Assembly: GCA_963789265.1 (NCBI GenBank)
Contig: CAWBKB010000001.1
Span: 1,088,001 to 1,152,000, forward strand
Origin: an uncultured delta proteobacterium
GTDB taxonomy: Bacteria > Desulfobacterota > Desulfomonilia > Desulfomonilales > Desulfomonilaceae
Length of the DNA stretch: 64,000 nt
Reading direction: 5' to 3'
Shown: one piece after another, positions 1 to 9,764 of the stretch
How the letters are laid out: every line of letters starts with the position of its first letter
Position numbering within the stretch: position 1 is the stretch's first letter
Program-made: the position numbers and the translations under genes
Notes under the pieces: generated by a model
The model's database searches: none
What the model saw: only the letters and a program-made list of their open reading frames with translations
Told to the model about the DNA's origin: nothing

Positions 1-2
1 TC

Positions 3-188
3 CCCACCGGCTGGACTCGCGCTATGACCGTCGAGTTCCTAAAGCCTACCCTGCTGAATGGCGAACTGACCCTTAGGGCCAAAGTCACAAAGAAGGGGCA
101 CACCAGCCGCACAGTCGCGTGCTCCCTTTACTCCAAAGGAGAAGAGTGCGTCCGTGCTGAGGTCACCATTGTGGTGAAAGGGGGGTGA
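3..188 (+). CDS. 3' end of a PaaI/hotdog-fold thioesterase-like protein (partial, runs off the window start)
   Basis: Frame 3 reads ...TRAMTVEFLKPTLLNGELTLRAKVTKKGHTSRTVACSLYSKGEECVRAEV*, a typical hotdog-fold C-terminal pattern. Confidence 0.6.
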   Translation, partial: PTGWTRAMTVEFLKPTLLNGELTLRAKVTKKGHTSRTVACSLYSKGEECVRAEVTIVVKGG

Positions 189-418
189 GATTGATCACGT
201 GCACCGTATGCAAACAAGGTGAAGCGCATCCCGGTCAGGTAACCGTAACGCTCCAACGAGGCGAAACAACCGTAATTATTAAAGGGGTCCCAGCCCAAGT
301 TTGCGAAAATTGTGGCGAGTACTACCTGGATGAAGCTATTACTGAGCGTGTCCTGTCAATGGCTGAGGACGCGGTTAGGAAGAATGTTGAGGTGGAGATC
401 CTCAGATTTGCCGCATAA
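185..418 (+). CDS. YgiT-type zinc finger protein (MqsA-family antitoxin-like)
   Basis: CTVC...IIKGVPAQVCENCGEYYLD motif, 77 aa. Confidence 0.85.
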   Translation: MRLITCTVCKQGEAHPGQVTVTLQRGETTVIIKGVPAQVCENCGEYYLDEAITERVLSMAEDAVRKNVEVEILRFAA

Positions 419-515
419 AGAACAAACCCTGAAACATCTGCACCGGCAATCCAGCCCAGCTTCGATGTCCGTTCCCCAAGCCGAAATTATTTTCCAATAA
501 TCGGTTGGTAAGAAC

Positions 516-1397
516 TCATCTAACACACTTGCTTTGAGTGCCCAATCGTCCATTCTTTTCGAGCAGCCTTTGAATGTTCCCGCCTAGAATGCCCTCCCGT
601 AAAGCTCCATCTACCTCAGCCTTGTCCAACTCCTTCAGGTATCGGGCCAGAGGTATAAGGGGGTAATCGCTGCCGAAGACGATCTTTTCGGGCCCCATGA
701 TTCGGCACGCGACTTCAAATATCCTGTGATCGTAAAGAAACGGGGAAGCGGCGGTGTCCAGGTACGTGCGTCTGAGGATGCTCGCGATTTCCGGCATCAA
801 CCCGTAGACAAATATCCCTCCTCCAAAATGTGAAAGGATGAAATCCACCTCCGGGTTGGCCTCTATAATGTGGAGCAGACCCCTAAAGTCGACGGGGATT
901 TTGCCGGGGTAAGAATGCCCGACAGGTTCATTGACGTGAATCATCACCGGTACATTCGCCTTTCGAGCTAATTCGAGACTCGGACTAAGGGCCTCGAAGT
1001 CCGCGCGGCTCCACCCACCGTGATACATGGCAAGCTCGCCTATTCCGGCAAATCCTCCGGCCAGGGCCCGTTTCGCCTCCAGGTATGCTCCTTCACCCCC
1101 CATGGGCGACAGAACGGCAAACGGAACGATCCTGTTGGGATAACGTTGATGAAATTCCCAGACTTCATCATTGTTTCGCCTCACAAGATCATGCTGTTCC
1201 CAGGGAAAGCCAAACACGATGGCTCGGCCGATACTCGAATCGTCCAGGTAGCGGAGGATGTCGGACTCCGAGACAACCTTGGCTTTCCCGGATGAATAGA
1301 TGGATCCGAACGCGAGATCGCTGCGGCAGAAAGGGACGCGATCCTGTTGAACTTTGCGGGGCAATAAATGAACATGAGAGTCTACGATCATTTTCAA
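516..1397 (-). CDS. Amidohydrolase family protein
   Basis: DSHVH, GIGEL, HVNEP, SHFGGG, FGSDYP motifs. Confidence 0.9.
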   Translation of the reverse strand: MKMIVDSHVHLLPRKVQQDRVPFCRSDLAFGSIYSSGKAKVVSESDILRYLDDSSIGRAIVFGFPWEQHDLVRRNNDEVWEFHQRYPNRIVPFAVLSPMGGEGAYLEAKRALAGGFAGIGELAMYHGGWSRADFEALSPSLELARKANVPVMIHVNEPVGHSYPGKIPVDFRGLLHIIEANPEVDFILSHFGGGIFVYGLMPEIASILRRTYLDTAASPFLYDHRIFEVACRIMGPEKIVFGSDYPLIPLARYLKELDKAEVDGALREGILGGNIQRLLEKNGRLGTQSKCVR

Positions 1398-1955
1398 AAG
1401 TCTCAGGCCGACTGAATTGAAGTCCCGGGCGAGCCGAGAAGCTCACGAAATCCCATCCTAAGGCGAGAAGCACGATTTCTCAAGAAGTTTTGGATGATTC
1501 CGCATTCTTGGTCGGGGAATGTGGAGAGCCTCGTGTAAGTACAAACGAAACCCGGCAACGCCGGGATAGTTTGCCGGGCCCTGTCGCCGGGGTTCATGGT
1601 TTGAGATATATTGGCTGGACTTTTAGGATCACATATCTTGATAGTTTCCGTCAAGAAAAAACCAGTGCACTCTTACCAACTACCATAGCTAGACAGCTAC
1701 AACGAAGCATGAAAATGTCAGTAGGACCGGCATGTTGCCGGTCGATAAAGGAAGTTTTCATAGGAACTCGATGGAACAAACGGCAAGACCAACCCCAGGT
1801 TGGCCCGTCCATCAAGGCACCATGCGCTTGACAACCGGTAGGGAGTAATTAATTATTCAAGAGCTAATTTATGCGGTTCCTAGGAGTAATTCAAAGCATG
1901 AAGATCGGTCGCGAGCAAATTTGGTACTGTCTGTCGATAGGGAGGAGGCTCGCGC

Positions 1956-3113
1956 ATGCCCGATAAGGATTTGTACGGGACTCTCGGTGTCAAGAAGGAC
2001 GCGACTACCGATGAGATCAAGAAAGCCTATCGAAAACTTGCCCGTAAATACCACCCGGATGTAAATCCTGGGAACAAAGACGCCGAGGACAAGTTCAAAG
2101 CAATTTCGGAGGCGAACGAAGTACTTTCGGACACCGAGAAGCGCAAGATTTATGACGAATTCGGCTACGATGGTCTGCGGGCCGGCTTCGATCCGGAGCA
2201 GGCGCGGCAGTATCGTCAGTGGCAACAGGCTGGAGGCTTCGCTCGGGGGGCAGGCGCTGGAGGTCCTTTCGGGGGCGGGCCGACCGGGCAGGAGTCTTTC
2301 AAGTATTCGGGATTTGAGGATGTTTTCAGTGATCTGTTCGGCGGGGCCGCTGGTCCGTCGGCTCGCCGGGGACCCGTGAAGGGACACGACATAGAGTCCG
2401 GCCTGGAAATTGATTTTCTCACTGCAATCAAAGGCGCCACCACCCGGATTACGCTCCAGAAACCCAAGGTGTGTGCAAATTGCGCAGGAACGGGATATGT
2501 ACCGGGCAAGGATTCTGTTTGCAAGACATGCAAGGGAACGGGCCAAACCAGGGTAGCACAGGGACCCTTCAATTTCAGTCAGACCTGTCCCGAATGTGGA
2601 GGAACCGGACGCACAGGTGAACGGTGTCCTCAATGTGGCGGAGCCGGAGCAGTTGCGAGTTCCGAAACCATTGACGTGAATATTCCGGCCGGCGTGAAAG
2701 ATGGCTCACGCATTCGGCTCGCAGGCAAGGGAGAGCCTGGTCGGGAAGGGGGGCCGCCCGGAGACCTGTATATAGTAACCCGTGTTCGGCCTCATCCTAT
2801 CTTCAAGCGCGATGGGGATTCCCTGCTCGTCGACGTACCGGTGACGGTAAGTGAAGCGATGAATGGGGCGGAACTGACGGTGCCCACTCCAAGTGGACCG
2901 GTACAGTTGAAGATTCCTCGCGGCACCAGATCCGGCCAGCGTTTGAGGCTCAAGGGAAAGGGGGTGCCCAGCCTTAAGACCAAGAAGCCCGGAGACATGT
3001 TTGTCACGGTTCGAGTTCAGGTCCCTTCGACGAACGATGCCGAGGCTTTGAAGGCTGCTGCAATGCTTGATCGGTTCTACCAGGAGGATATCCGAAGAGA
3101 TATTCGACTGTGA
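1956..3113 (+). CDS. dnaJ: Molecular chaperone DnaJ
   Basis: J-domain HPD, G/F-rich region, four CxxCxGxG repeats; RBS GGAGG. Confidence 0.93.
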   Translation: MPDKDLYGTLGVKKDATTDEIKKAYRKLARKYHPDVNPGNKDAEDKFKAISEANEVLSDTEKRKIYDEFGYDGLRAGFDPEQARQYRQWQQAGGFARGAGAGGPFGGGPTGQESFKYSGFEDVFSDLFGGAAGPSARRGPVKGHDIESGLEIDFLTAIKGATTRITLQKPKVCANCAGTGYVPGKDSVCKTCKGTGQTRVAQGPFNFSQTCPECGGTGRTGERCPQCGGAGAVASSETIDVNIPAGVKDGSRIRLAGKGEPGREGGPPGDLYIVTRVRPHPIFKRDGDSLLVDVPVTVSEAMNGAELTVPTPSGPVQLKIPRGTRSGQRLRLKGKGVPSLKTKKPGDMFVTVRVQVPSTNDAEALKAAAMLDRFYQEDIRRDIRL

Positions 3114-3125
3114 TCGGAAGGGCTT

Positions 3126-3437
3126 ATGGCAACCGACTATTATTTTCGAAAACAAGTCATTGAAATCTTCGAGGTTGATGAGGACTTTCTGGACACTCTG
3201 GAAGCAGAAGACCTGATTCACTCCATTCGAATAGAATCTGTTGAAGAAAAGGTTTTTCTGCCGGACGAAGTTGAAAGGATTCGTATAATCAACAACCTTG
3301 TGAATGATCTGGAAGTAAATCTTCCCGGCGTTGAAGTGATTTTGGAAATGAGGGATAACCTGATCAGAATCCAACGACAATTCGATCAAATCCTCGAAAC
3401 CCTTGTCAGGGAATTGAAAACCAGGCTTCCCGGCTGA
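3126..3437 (+). CDS. cbpM: CbpM-like chaperone modulator (MerR-like HTH)
   Basis: RIRIINNLVNDLEVNLPGVEVIL motif; directly downstream of a dnaJ homologue. Confidence 0.8.
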   Translation: MATDYYFRKQVIEIFEVDEDFLDTLEAEDLIHSIRIESVEEKVFLPDEVERIRIINNLVNDLEVNLPGVEVILEMRDNLIRIQRQFDQILETLVRELKTRLPG

Positions 3438-3482
3438 TGACTCACTCTTGTCTTGTTTTAACGCCTACGAGGGAAGGGGAGG

Positions 3483-5138
3483 TTGCCCTTGCCGCAAATC
3501 TCACCGCGTCGTGCTAAGATCCTTATCGTTTGCTTTCTTGTCCTGATTGAGGCCGGCGCGCCATCCTTCTGTCGTGCAGATCAGAGCGCTGCCAACCTGC
3601 TGAAACAGGCTCGGGCGGAGTCAAGTCCCTCCAAACGAATACAGTTGCTGGATCGGGCCCTCAAAGATTCATCCATCAAGGGGGACCTGCTTGCTTCAAT
3701 ATACTTCGAACGAGCTATGGCATACAAAGCCACCAATGATTGCTTTCGAGCAATTGAGGACCTTGATTCCTCGCTGGCTTATTCGCGTCATAAGTCACCG
3801 ACAGCCCTTCTGGAAAAGGTGCATTGTTTAATACTTGTGGAACAACTGGACGAGGCTTCCCGCGTGTTGGAATCGGTCCTATTGAACGCCCCGGCGACAG
3901 ATCGAGCCTACGTGCTCAAAGGGATGATCTATGAGAAGGAGGGGTTTCTTTCCAAGGCCGAGGATGAGTACACCAGGGCGTTGGATCGCAACCCTCGATC
4001 GATCAGTGCGCTCGACATGCGGGCCAGGCTCCAGCTCAGAGAAGGCAAGCCCAGAAAGGCCCTTGAAGACATGAATGCTTTGAGCCGGCTGGCACCTAAA
4101 GACTCGGACGTTTTTATGACGCGGGCTCGGATTCACGCTAAGCTCAAGGACTATCCCGCGGCCCTTGCCGACTACGGTCGTGTCGAATCTCTTGCGCCGG
4201 GAGACGATCGAGTGATCAAGGAGAAAGTCCGGGTCTATTTTGAAGCCGATCAGCCCGGCAAGGCCCTCTCCGCGTTAACAGCTTACGGTGCCAAACATCC
4301 CACGGATGTCGAGGCCCTTGTGCTCGAAGCGCGGGCACATATCCTCCTCAAAGCCTACCGGAAGGCCGAACAACTGCTCAAGCAAGCCCTGGCAAAGAAG
4401 CCGCTTTATGCTCCGGCGCACTTGTACATGGGCGTGGTGCTGGTCCGTAATCGAGATCCCGACCATGCTCTGGAAAATTTCAACCGCGCTCTGGAGCTTG
4501 ATCCGACGCTGGTGGAAGCCTATAAAGAGAGGGCCCACACGTTCACCAAACTGGGCGACCCTGTGCGGGCCGCTGCCGACCTTACTTCTGCTGCGGCTCT
4601 TGACCCTGCTGACGGGGAAATTTTTGCTTTTCGCGGGTTGACGCTCATGAGAAGGATGCTTTACGATGCGGCCATATCGGACTTTACTCGAGCCCTGGAG
4701 TGTCTGCCAGCCGATCCGCGCATTATGTACGACAGGGCGGTAGCATATCTTCGCAAGGGCGAGCCGCAAACCGCACTGGCCGATCTTGATTCGTTGTTAC
4801 AGGAGAAACCGAACGCGGCTCGGGCTCTCAGCCTGAGAGGGATAATCTACCTCAATTCCGGGAATCCGGAAAAGGCTAGATCGGATTTCGACAAGGCTGT
4901 GTCCATCAGTCCCCGGGATTCGGAAGTGCGGAACAATCGTGGGTTTTTCGAGTTCAGGATGGGCGACCGGCGGGCGGCAATTGAAGACTTCAATCAGGCC
5001 CTCAAACTAGATCCTGCATACAACAGAGCACGGTACAACCTGGACTTGGCCCTCAACAAACAGGAGGCAGCGGCTGCGAGTGGGACGACCGTACCTCCGA
5101 CTCCTCATGATGCGCCGAAAGTGACTAATGGCAAATGA
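3483..5138 (+). CDS. Exported tetratricopeptide repeat protein
   Basis: N-terminal hydrophobic signal; many TPR units (A...F..AL.LDP). Confidence 0.88.
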   Translation: MPLPQISPRRAKILIVCFLVLIEAGAPSFCRADQSAANLLKQARAESSPSKRIQLLDRALKDSSIKGDLLASIYFERAMAYKATNDCFRAIEDLDSSLAYSRHKSPTALLEKVHCLILVEQLDEASRVLESVLLNAPATDRAYVLKGMIYEKEGFLSKAEDEYTRALDRNPRSISALDMRARLQLREGKPRKALEDMNALSRLAPKDSDVFMTRARIHAKLKDYPAALADYGRVESLAPGDDRVIKEKVRVYFEADQPGKALSALTAYGAKHPTDVEALVLEARAHILLKAYRKAEQLLKQALAKKPLYAPAHLYMGVVLVRNRDPDHALENFNRALELDPTLVEAYKERAHTFTKLGDPVRAAADLTSAAALDPADGEIFAFRGLTLMRRMLYDAAISDFTRALECLPADPRIMYDRAVAYLRKGEPQTALADLDSLLQEKPNAARALSLRGIIYLNSGNPEKARSDFDKAVSISPRDSEVRNNRGFFEFRMGDRRAAIEDFNQALKLDPAYNRARYNLDLALNKQEAAAASGTTVPPTPHDAPKVTNGK

Positions 5139-5923
5139 CAAGACCGCGTTATCAGGCAATTTTGGCAGACCTCGACGGCACTGTGAACAGAGGAGACTCT
5201 CTGATACCCGGCGTGGAAGCCGTTTACAAGGATCTTTCCGAAAGAGGTATTAAATGGCTGTTCCTGTCCAACAATGCGGGCTTGCTTGCCTCGGATTTGG
5301 CCCTAAGAATCGGCAGATTCGGGATTCCGGTTGCCGAAACTGAGGTGATTAATTCCGCGTCCGCGCTGATCTATGCTTTAAAACGGGAGGCCCCGGGAAA
5401 GCGGGTCATGGTAGTCGGGGGGCCGAGACTCATTCAAGGAATTGAAGCCGCGGGTGCGACGATTTCTGATGACTCCAGGAATGTAGATATCGTAGTGGCC
5501 TCAATAGACAAGAGCTTTACCTACGAAAAATTGAAGAATGCACACATTGCTCTTCAAAACGGCTCACTCCTGTGGGCCAGTAACCTTGATCCTACGTTTC
5601 CGGTTGCGGGCGGATTTCATCCGGGAGCAGGTAGCATAGTCGCTGCAATTTCCACCGCGGCCGGACACCCGCCCGATCGCGTATTCGGCAAACCTTCGCC
5701 GGACATGGCAGTCCTAGCGCTTGACACTTTGAATCTCCCCGCGTCGCTCTGCCTCGTAGTGGGAGATCGCATGACAACAGACATTCTTTTCGCAAAGAAC
5801 GCAGGAATGGCTTCAGCCTTGGTCCTTACCGGCGCCACTTCGCGCTCGGATCTGGCGAAGTATTCATACGCTCCGGACTATGTTCTTGAAAGCATCGCTG
5901 ACGTACCAGAACTTTTCGACTGA
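5135..5923 (+). CDS. HAD-IIA family hydrolase (NagD-like)
   Basis: DLDGT, LSNN, GKPS, VGDRMTTDI, LVLTG motifs. Confidence 0.92.
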   Translation: MTRPRYQAILADLDGTVNRGDSLIPGVEAVYKDLSERGIKWLFLSNNAGLLASDLALRIGRFGIPVAETEVINSASALIYALKREAPGKRVMVVGGPRLIQGIEAAGATISDDSRNVDIVVASIDKSFTYEKLKNAHIALQNGSLLWASNLDPTFPVAGGFHPGAGSIVAAISTAAGHPPDRVFGKPSPDMAVLALDTLNLPASLCLVVGDRMTTDILFAKNAGMASALVLTGATSRSDLAKYSYAPDYVLESIADVPELFD

Positions 5924-6011
5924 CTCGATTCCGGATGTTGACGGTCGCGGCCACCTCCGGATAGTATGATTGTCAGGAACCTACCTGCGAAGATATTCAT
6001 GAGGGATTGAT

Positions 6012-6263
6012 GTGAAAAGGTCGGTCAAACTCTACGCGCTCAGCACCTGTCCTCACTGCAAGTGCACCAAGAAATTCTTGCACGATTGCGGAGTGAAATT
6101 CGATTGTACGGACGTAGACAAGGCGCGTAAAGAGGATGTTGCGGCAGTCTTCGAAGAAGTGAAAAGACTTACCTCCATGTGCTCGTTTCCCACAATTGTG
6201 ATTGGAGATGAAGTGATCGTGGGGTTCAGGGAGGACAAAATCAGGGAGGCCCTCGGTTTGTGA
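6012..6263 (+). CDS. Glutaredoxin family protein
   Basis: CPHC, SFPTIVIG, GF motifs. Confidence 0.9.
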   Translation: MKRSVKLYALSTCPHCKCTKKFLHDCGVKFDCTDVDKARKEDVAAVFEEVKRLTSMCSFPTIVIGDEVIVGFREDKIREALGL

Positions 6264-6595
6264 TGGAAGTGGAACAACTCTATGAAATGTTGCGAAAAGT
6301 TCAGGAGCCTAAAGGCTATTTTTTCAATAAAGATAAGCAGAGTGTTTTTGAGCTTCTGGAAGGCCTTCTTATCAATAAAGAGCGTTACGGGTACATGTGT
6401 TGCCCATGCCGGCTGGCCGCGAACGACCGCGAGCACGATAAGGATATAATCTGTCCGTGCATATACCGGGAGCCTGACGTTCAAGAGTACGGAAGCTGTT
6501 ACTGCAATCTCTACGTTTCAAAAGCTTGGAACGAGCGAACAATTCCCCATGAATACGTACCTGAGCGACGGCCTCCCGAGAAGTTTGTCTTTTGA
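6260..6595 (+). CDS. Ferredoxin:thioredoxin reductase catalytic-subunit-like protein
   Basis: CPC, CPC and CYC motifs; overlaps the glutaredoxin stop. Confidence 0.88.
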   Translation: MMEVEQLYEMLRKVQEPKGYFFNKDKQSVFELLEGLLINKERYGYMCCPCRLAANDREHDKDIICPCIYREPDVQEYGSCYCNLYVSKAWNERTIPHEYVPERRPPEKFVF

Positions 6596-6665
6596 CTGTT
6601 GAGCGGCTTTCCGGACACGTAAATTTTCGATAAGAACTATGCACTTGGCGAATAATACGACTACT

Positions 6666-6757
6666 GTCATTGCGAGGGCGGATGCCCGTGGCAATCTTCC
6701 AACCTGCAAAAAAGATTGCTTTCCCGTGTGACGCGGGATTTCACTCCGCGCAATGAC
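6666..6757. repeat. Palindromic MITE/REP-like element (GTCATTGCG...CGCAATGAC type)
   Basis: Terminal IR GTCATTGCG/CGCAATGAC with internal GCAATC/GATTGC arms. Confidence 0.75.
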
Positions 6758-6869
6758 ATCAACCCGCCAAGCCGAAACTTTGGCAAGGGTACAATCCCTT
6801 ACTCGATTTCCTAAGTACGGTGTCTTATTTCGGGCAATGTTGACCGTTCTTGCCATCCTGTTCGACGCG

Positions 6870-6926
6870 GTCACCCCGGACTCCGATCCGGGGTCCAGTC
6901 TGGGTGCCCGCGTACGCGAGCATGAC
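6870..6926. repeat. Pair of GTCA-tagged hairpin repeats
   Basis: GTCACCCCGGA..TCCGGGGTCCAG followed by CTGGGTGCCCGCGTACGCGAGCATGAC; related to 7606-7632 and 9765-9794. Confidence 0.7.
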
Positions 6927-6948
6927 CGCAGGTAGGATGCCTGCCCCA

Positions 6949-7017
6949 GGTGCCACTGCTGGCTTGTCCAGCAGTGCCTGCTGGAAGAACACTGCTGGGC
7001 AAGCCAGCAGTGGCACC
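6949..7017. repeat. Inverted REP-like doublet
   Basis: GGTGCCACTGCTGGCTTGTCCAGCAGTG ... CACTGCTGGGCAAGCCAGCAGTGGCACC, near-perfect inverted pair. Confidence 0.8.
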
Positions 7018-7086
7018 CCTATACGCGACCTTATTTCCACAACGCAGTGCTCGGCAGAAGTGCCGGCAAAGGGTGCGGTCAAATCT

Positions 7087-7525
7087 TTAGCGTGCCAACA
7101 ACACCACGAATATCAGAAATGCGATAAAACTCAGCAAGCTCCTGACGGCATGCAATCGGTTCCATTTGGTAAGAAGACGCATGGTGGCCTCAGATTCCGT
7201 GTCAAGGTCCGGATGCAGCAATTGGTTGTTGATAGGCATGATCACGATCAAAGTGTACCGGAACCGCCAAACCGAGACAGATTCCGCCCACGAGCCACCA
7301 GGCGCCCGCACCCAACAACCAACCGGCCGCCGCGGTCACGAAACCGATGACCGCCAGAGGTGCCTGCATTCTTGCGGCCCTGTGGTAGCTAGGACCAAAC
7401 TCTGTGGCGGCGAGCTTTGTTCCGCACTGCATTCTAGCGGGGTGCTCCACAAAATTGATGTACACGGCTGCGCCGGCAAATATTCCTGATGCGACAGTGG
7501 CTATTATTTCGAGAACTTTTTCCAT
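7087..7525 (-). CDS. DUF1772/anthrone-oxygenase-like membrane protein, frameshifted near 7258
   Basis: FAGAAVYINFVEHPAR in one frame and IMPINNQL...WNRLHAVRS in another; removing one base joins them. Confidence 0.78.
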
Positions 7526-7605
7526 CGGTGTCCCCTCTCGTACCGAATCGCTTTCAAGCAAGTGAACCGTGTTTCTGATGGGTCAGCCACGCCAGGCTGC
7601 GTCCC

Positions 7606-7689
7606 GTCATGCCCGCGTACGCGGGCATGCAGTAGGACCGGCCTCCGTGCCGGTTGTTCGCGAGTCACCGGCGGGGACGCCGGCGCTAC
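7606..7689. repeat. GTCA-tagged hairpin plus GTAG-tagged REP doublet
   Basis: GTCATGCCCGCGTACGCGGGCATG then GTAGGACCGGC..GCCGGT ... ACCGGC..GCCGGCGCTAC; related half-sites near 1721 and 39740. Confidence 0.7.
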
Positions 7690-7711
7690 TCCGGATCGGG
7701 GTCTGCTACAA

Positions 7712-8443
7712 CTACTTTGCAACGCAGTATGTATTGAAACGCTCCCCGACTTTCTTCCAGTCTATGATCTTGGCAAAGTTATCTACGTATTCGGCTCGCC
7801 GGTTTTGATACTTCAAGTAATAAGCGTGTTCCCACACATCGCATACCATAAGCGGCATGGTACCCCAACTGGTGAGATTCTGGTGCTTTTCGGCCTGCAT
7901 CACTATCAGTTTCTTGCTGAAGGGTTCCCATGCGAGAATTCCCCAACCGGATGCTTCCACAGCCTTGGATGCCGCTGCAAATTGCTTCCAGAACGTTTCG
8001 AAGGAGCCGAAATCTTTCTTGATCGCATCCGCTACCGGGCCGGATGGAGTACCGCCGGCTTTAGGCCCAATCGTGCTGAAGTATATCCAGTGGAGCACAA
8101 CCCCGGAGCCGTTAAACGCCAGGTCGCGGCTCACTGCTTTGATCGCCTCAAAATTTCCGGACGTCCTGGCCTTTTCCAGCTTTTTAAGCGCTGAGTCGAG
8201 ACCCTCGATGTAAGCCGCGAAATGCTTGTTGTGATGTATTTTCACGGTTTCTTTGTCAATGACGGGCTCGAGGGCATCATCAGGGTAGGGGAGTGGAGGT
8301 AATTTGTGGATGAAGGGAGGCGCTCCGCCTTCCTTTGGATTCGCGGCCAGCGCTTCCGAACTCAGGAATTGCGACAGGACCCCAACCGTGGCCGCAGCTC
8401 CCACCCCTTTCATGATCTCGCGTCTGCTCAATTCATTTTCCAT
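7712..8443 (-). CDS. Fe/Mn superoxide dismutase with Tat signal peptide
   Basis: LPPLPY, HHNKH, DVWEHAYY; N-terminal SRREIMK...ALA. Confidence 0.95.
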   Translation of the reverse strand: MENELSRREIMKGVGAAATVGVLSQFLSSEALAANPKEGGAPPFIHKLPPLPYPDDALEPVIDKETVKIHHNKHFAAYIEGLDSALKKLEKARTSGNFEAIKAVSRDLAFNGSGVVLHWIYFSTIGPKAGGTPSGPVADAIKKDFGSFETFWKQFAAASKAVEASGWGILAWEPFSKKLIVMQAEKHQNLTSWGTMPLMVCDVWEHAYYLKYQNRRAEYVDNFAKIIDWKKVGERFNTYCVAK

Positions 8444-8801
8444 TTCATCATTCCTTTCCTGTTAAGAAATTTCGGCAATCCAGTGTCCTTTTCCAAGCAA
8501 TAGGCCCCCTTGAGACACTGATCTTATTCATTTCAGGATATCCGCAGCAGAACCAATCCGTCAATAGAGGCCAAACTGCTTGGCTGCGGAACGCCTGCCG
8601 TCAATCGTCTTCGATTAGATCGGATATGCGATTTTCGTTGGTTTGGGCTCTCAATTACGAGGCGAGATTGACGGCTCGATGTTGTCCGCTCAGTGTGGTA
8701 ACATTATTTAATATAAGCGCAACACATTATAAAAGCATTTTCCCTTCAAATCCGATTCCCAGATGAAGCAAATAAGGTGACTGTTCACCGGGCGATCAGG
8801 A

Positions 8802-8986
8802 TTTACCGCAGAGTGCGCCGAGAACGCAGAGAAAAAGATAGCTTATTCGGGACCACGTGGATTCCCGGCGCGTACGGCCAAGCCGGAATCGCCCACACTG
8901 TAACAGACCGGAATTTGCGGTACTCAATCGGATAGAGGTGCAGCGAAAACAGAATTCTCCGCGGTCTCTGCGTTCTCCGCGGTGAA
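8802..8986. repeat. Element bounded by imperfect inverted repeats (ACCGCAGAG..GCAGAG type)
   Basis: Left TTACCGCAGAGTGCGCCGAGAACGCAGAGAA; right TTCTCCGCGGTCTCTGCGTTCTCCGCGGTGAA. Confidence 0.65.
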
Positions 8987-9010
8987 CTATTGCCACATAA
9001 GAAAACACGA

Positions 9011-9622
9011 ATGGAGTTTTTTATAACAACAGGAATTATTTTGGGTTTGTCTTCCGGGTTTGCGCCGGGGCCGCTTACAACCCTGGTTATTGCTCAATCT
9101 CTGCAACACGGAGCAAGAGAAGGAGTGAAAGTATCGCTGGCCCCGTTGCTTACCGATTTGCCTATTATTCTTTTGTCTGTGTTCGCTCTGACACGGATAC
9201 GACACTTTCACGCGATTTTGGGGTCCATCTCCATCGTTGGCGGCATCTTCTTGGTCTACCTGGCTTATTTGAGCTTCAAGACGAGCAACCTTGGCATGGA
9301 TATCAAGGCAACCGAAGCGCGATCCCTGGGAAAAGGGACAATTGCAAATTTCCTCAACCCTTCTCCGTACTTGTTTTGGATAACCATCGGGGCGCCAAGT
9401 GTGGTTGCGGCATGGACTGAAAGTTCCCTTGTTGCAGCCGGATTCCTTGTTGGCTTTTACACATGCCTGGTGGGGACAAAGATGTTCTTGGCCGTTGTCG
9501 CCGCTCATTCGAGGCGATTTCTCAGCGGACCGGCTTATGGCTATGTGATGCGGATTCTCGGAGTCTTGCTGTTGATTCTTGCGGTTGTCTTGCTGCGGGA
9601 TGGAATTCGGCTTTGGGGCTGA
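9011..9622 (+). CDS. LysE family translocator
   Basis: APGP motif, NFLNPSPYLFW, multiple TM segments. Confidence 0.9.
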   Translation: MEFFITTGIILGLSSGFAPGPLTTLVIAQSLQHGAREGVKVSLAPLLTDLPIILLSVFALTRIRHFHAILGSISIVGGIFLVYLAYLSFKTSNLGMDIKATEARSLGKGTIANFLNPSPYLFWITIGAPSVVAAWTESSLVAAGFLVGFYTCLVGTKMFLAVVAAHSRRFLSGPAYGYVMRILGVLLLILAVVLLRDGIRLWG

Positions 9623-9764
9623 TGCTGTCGGGCGGAGTCGTGACATTGCCAAGATTTCTTTTTAGCTCAGGTTGACCGCGGTTCGCCAGACATGACGCAA
9701 GGGCAGCTGTGACAGTGGGGTCTTCTCCGGCGTCGTTGAGTTAAGGGAAGTTCTGTCTCCGGGC

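Noticed and set aside
1825..1895. CIRCE/HAIR heat-shock operator upstream of dnaJ
   Set aside because: Only a TTGACA and a short GGAGTAATT direct repeat are seen; neither consensus inverted repeat is present.
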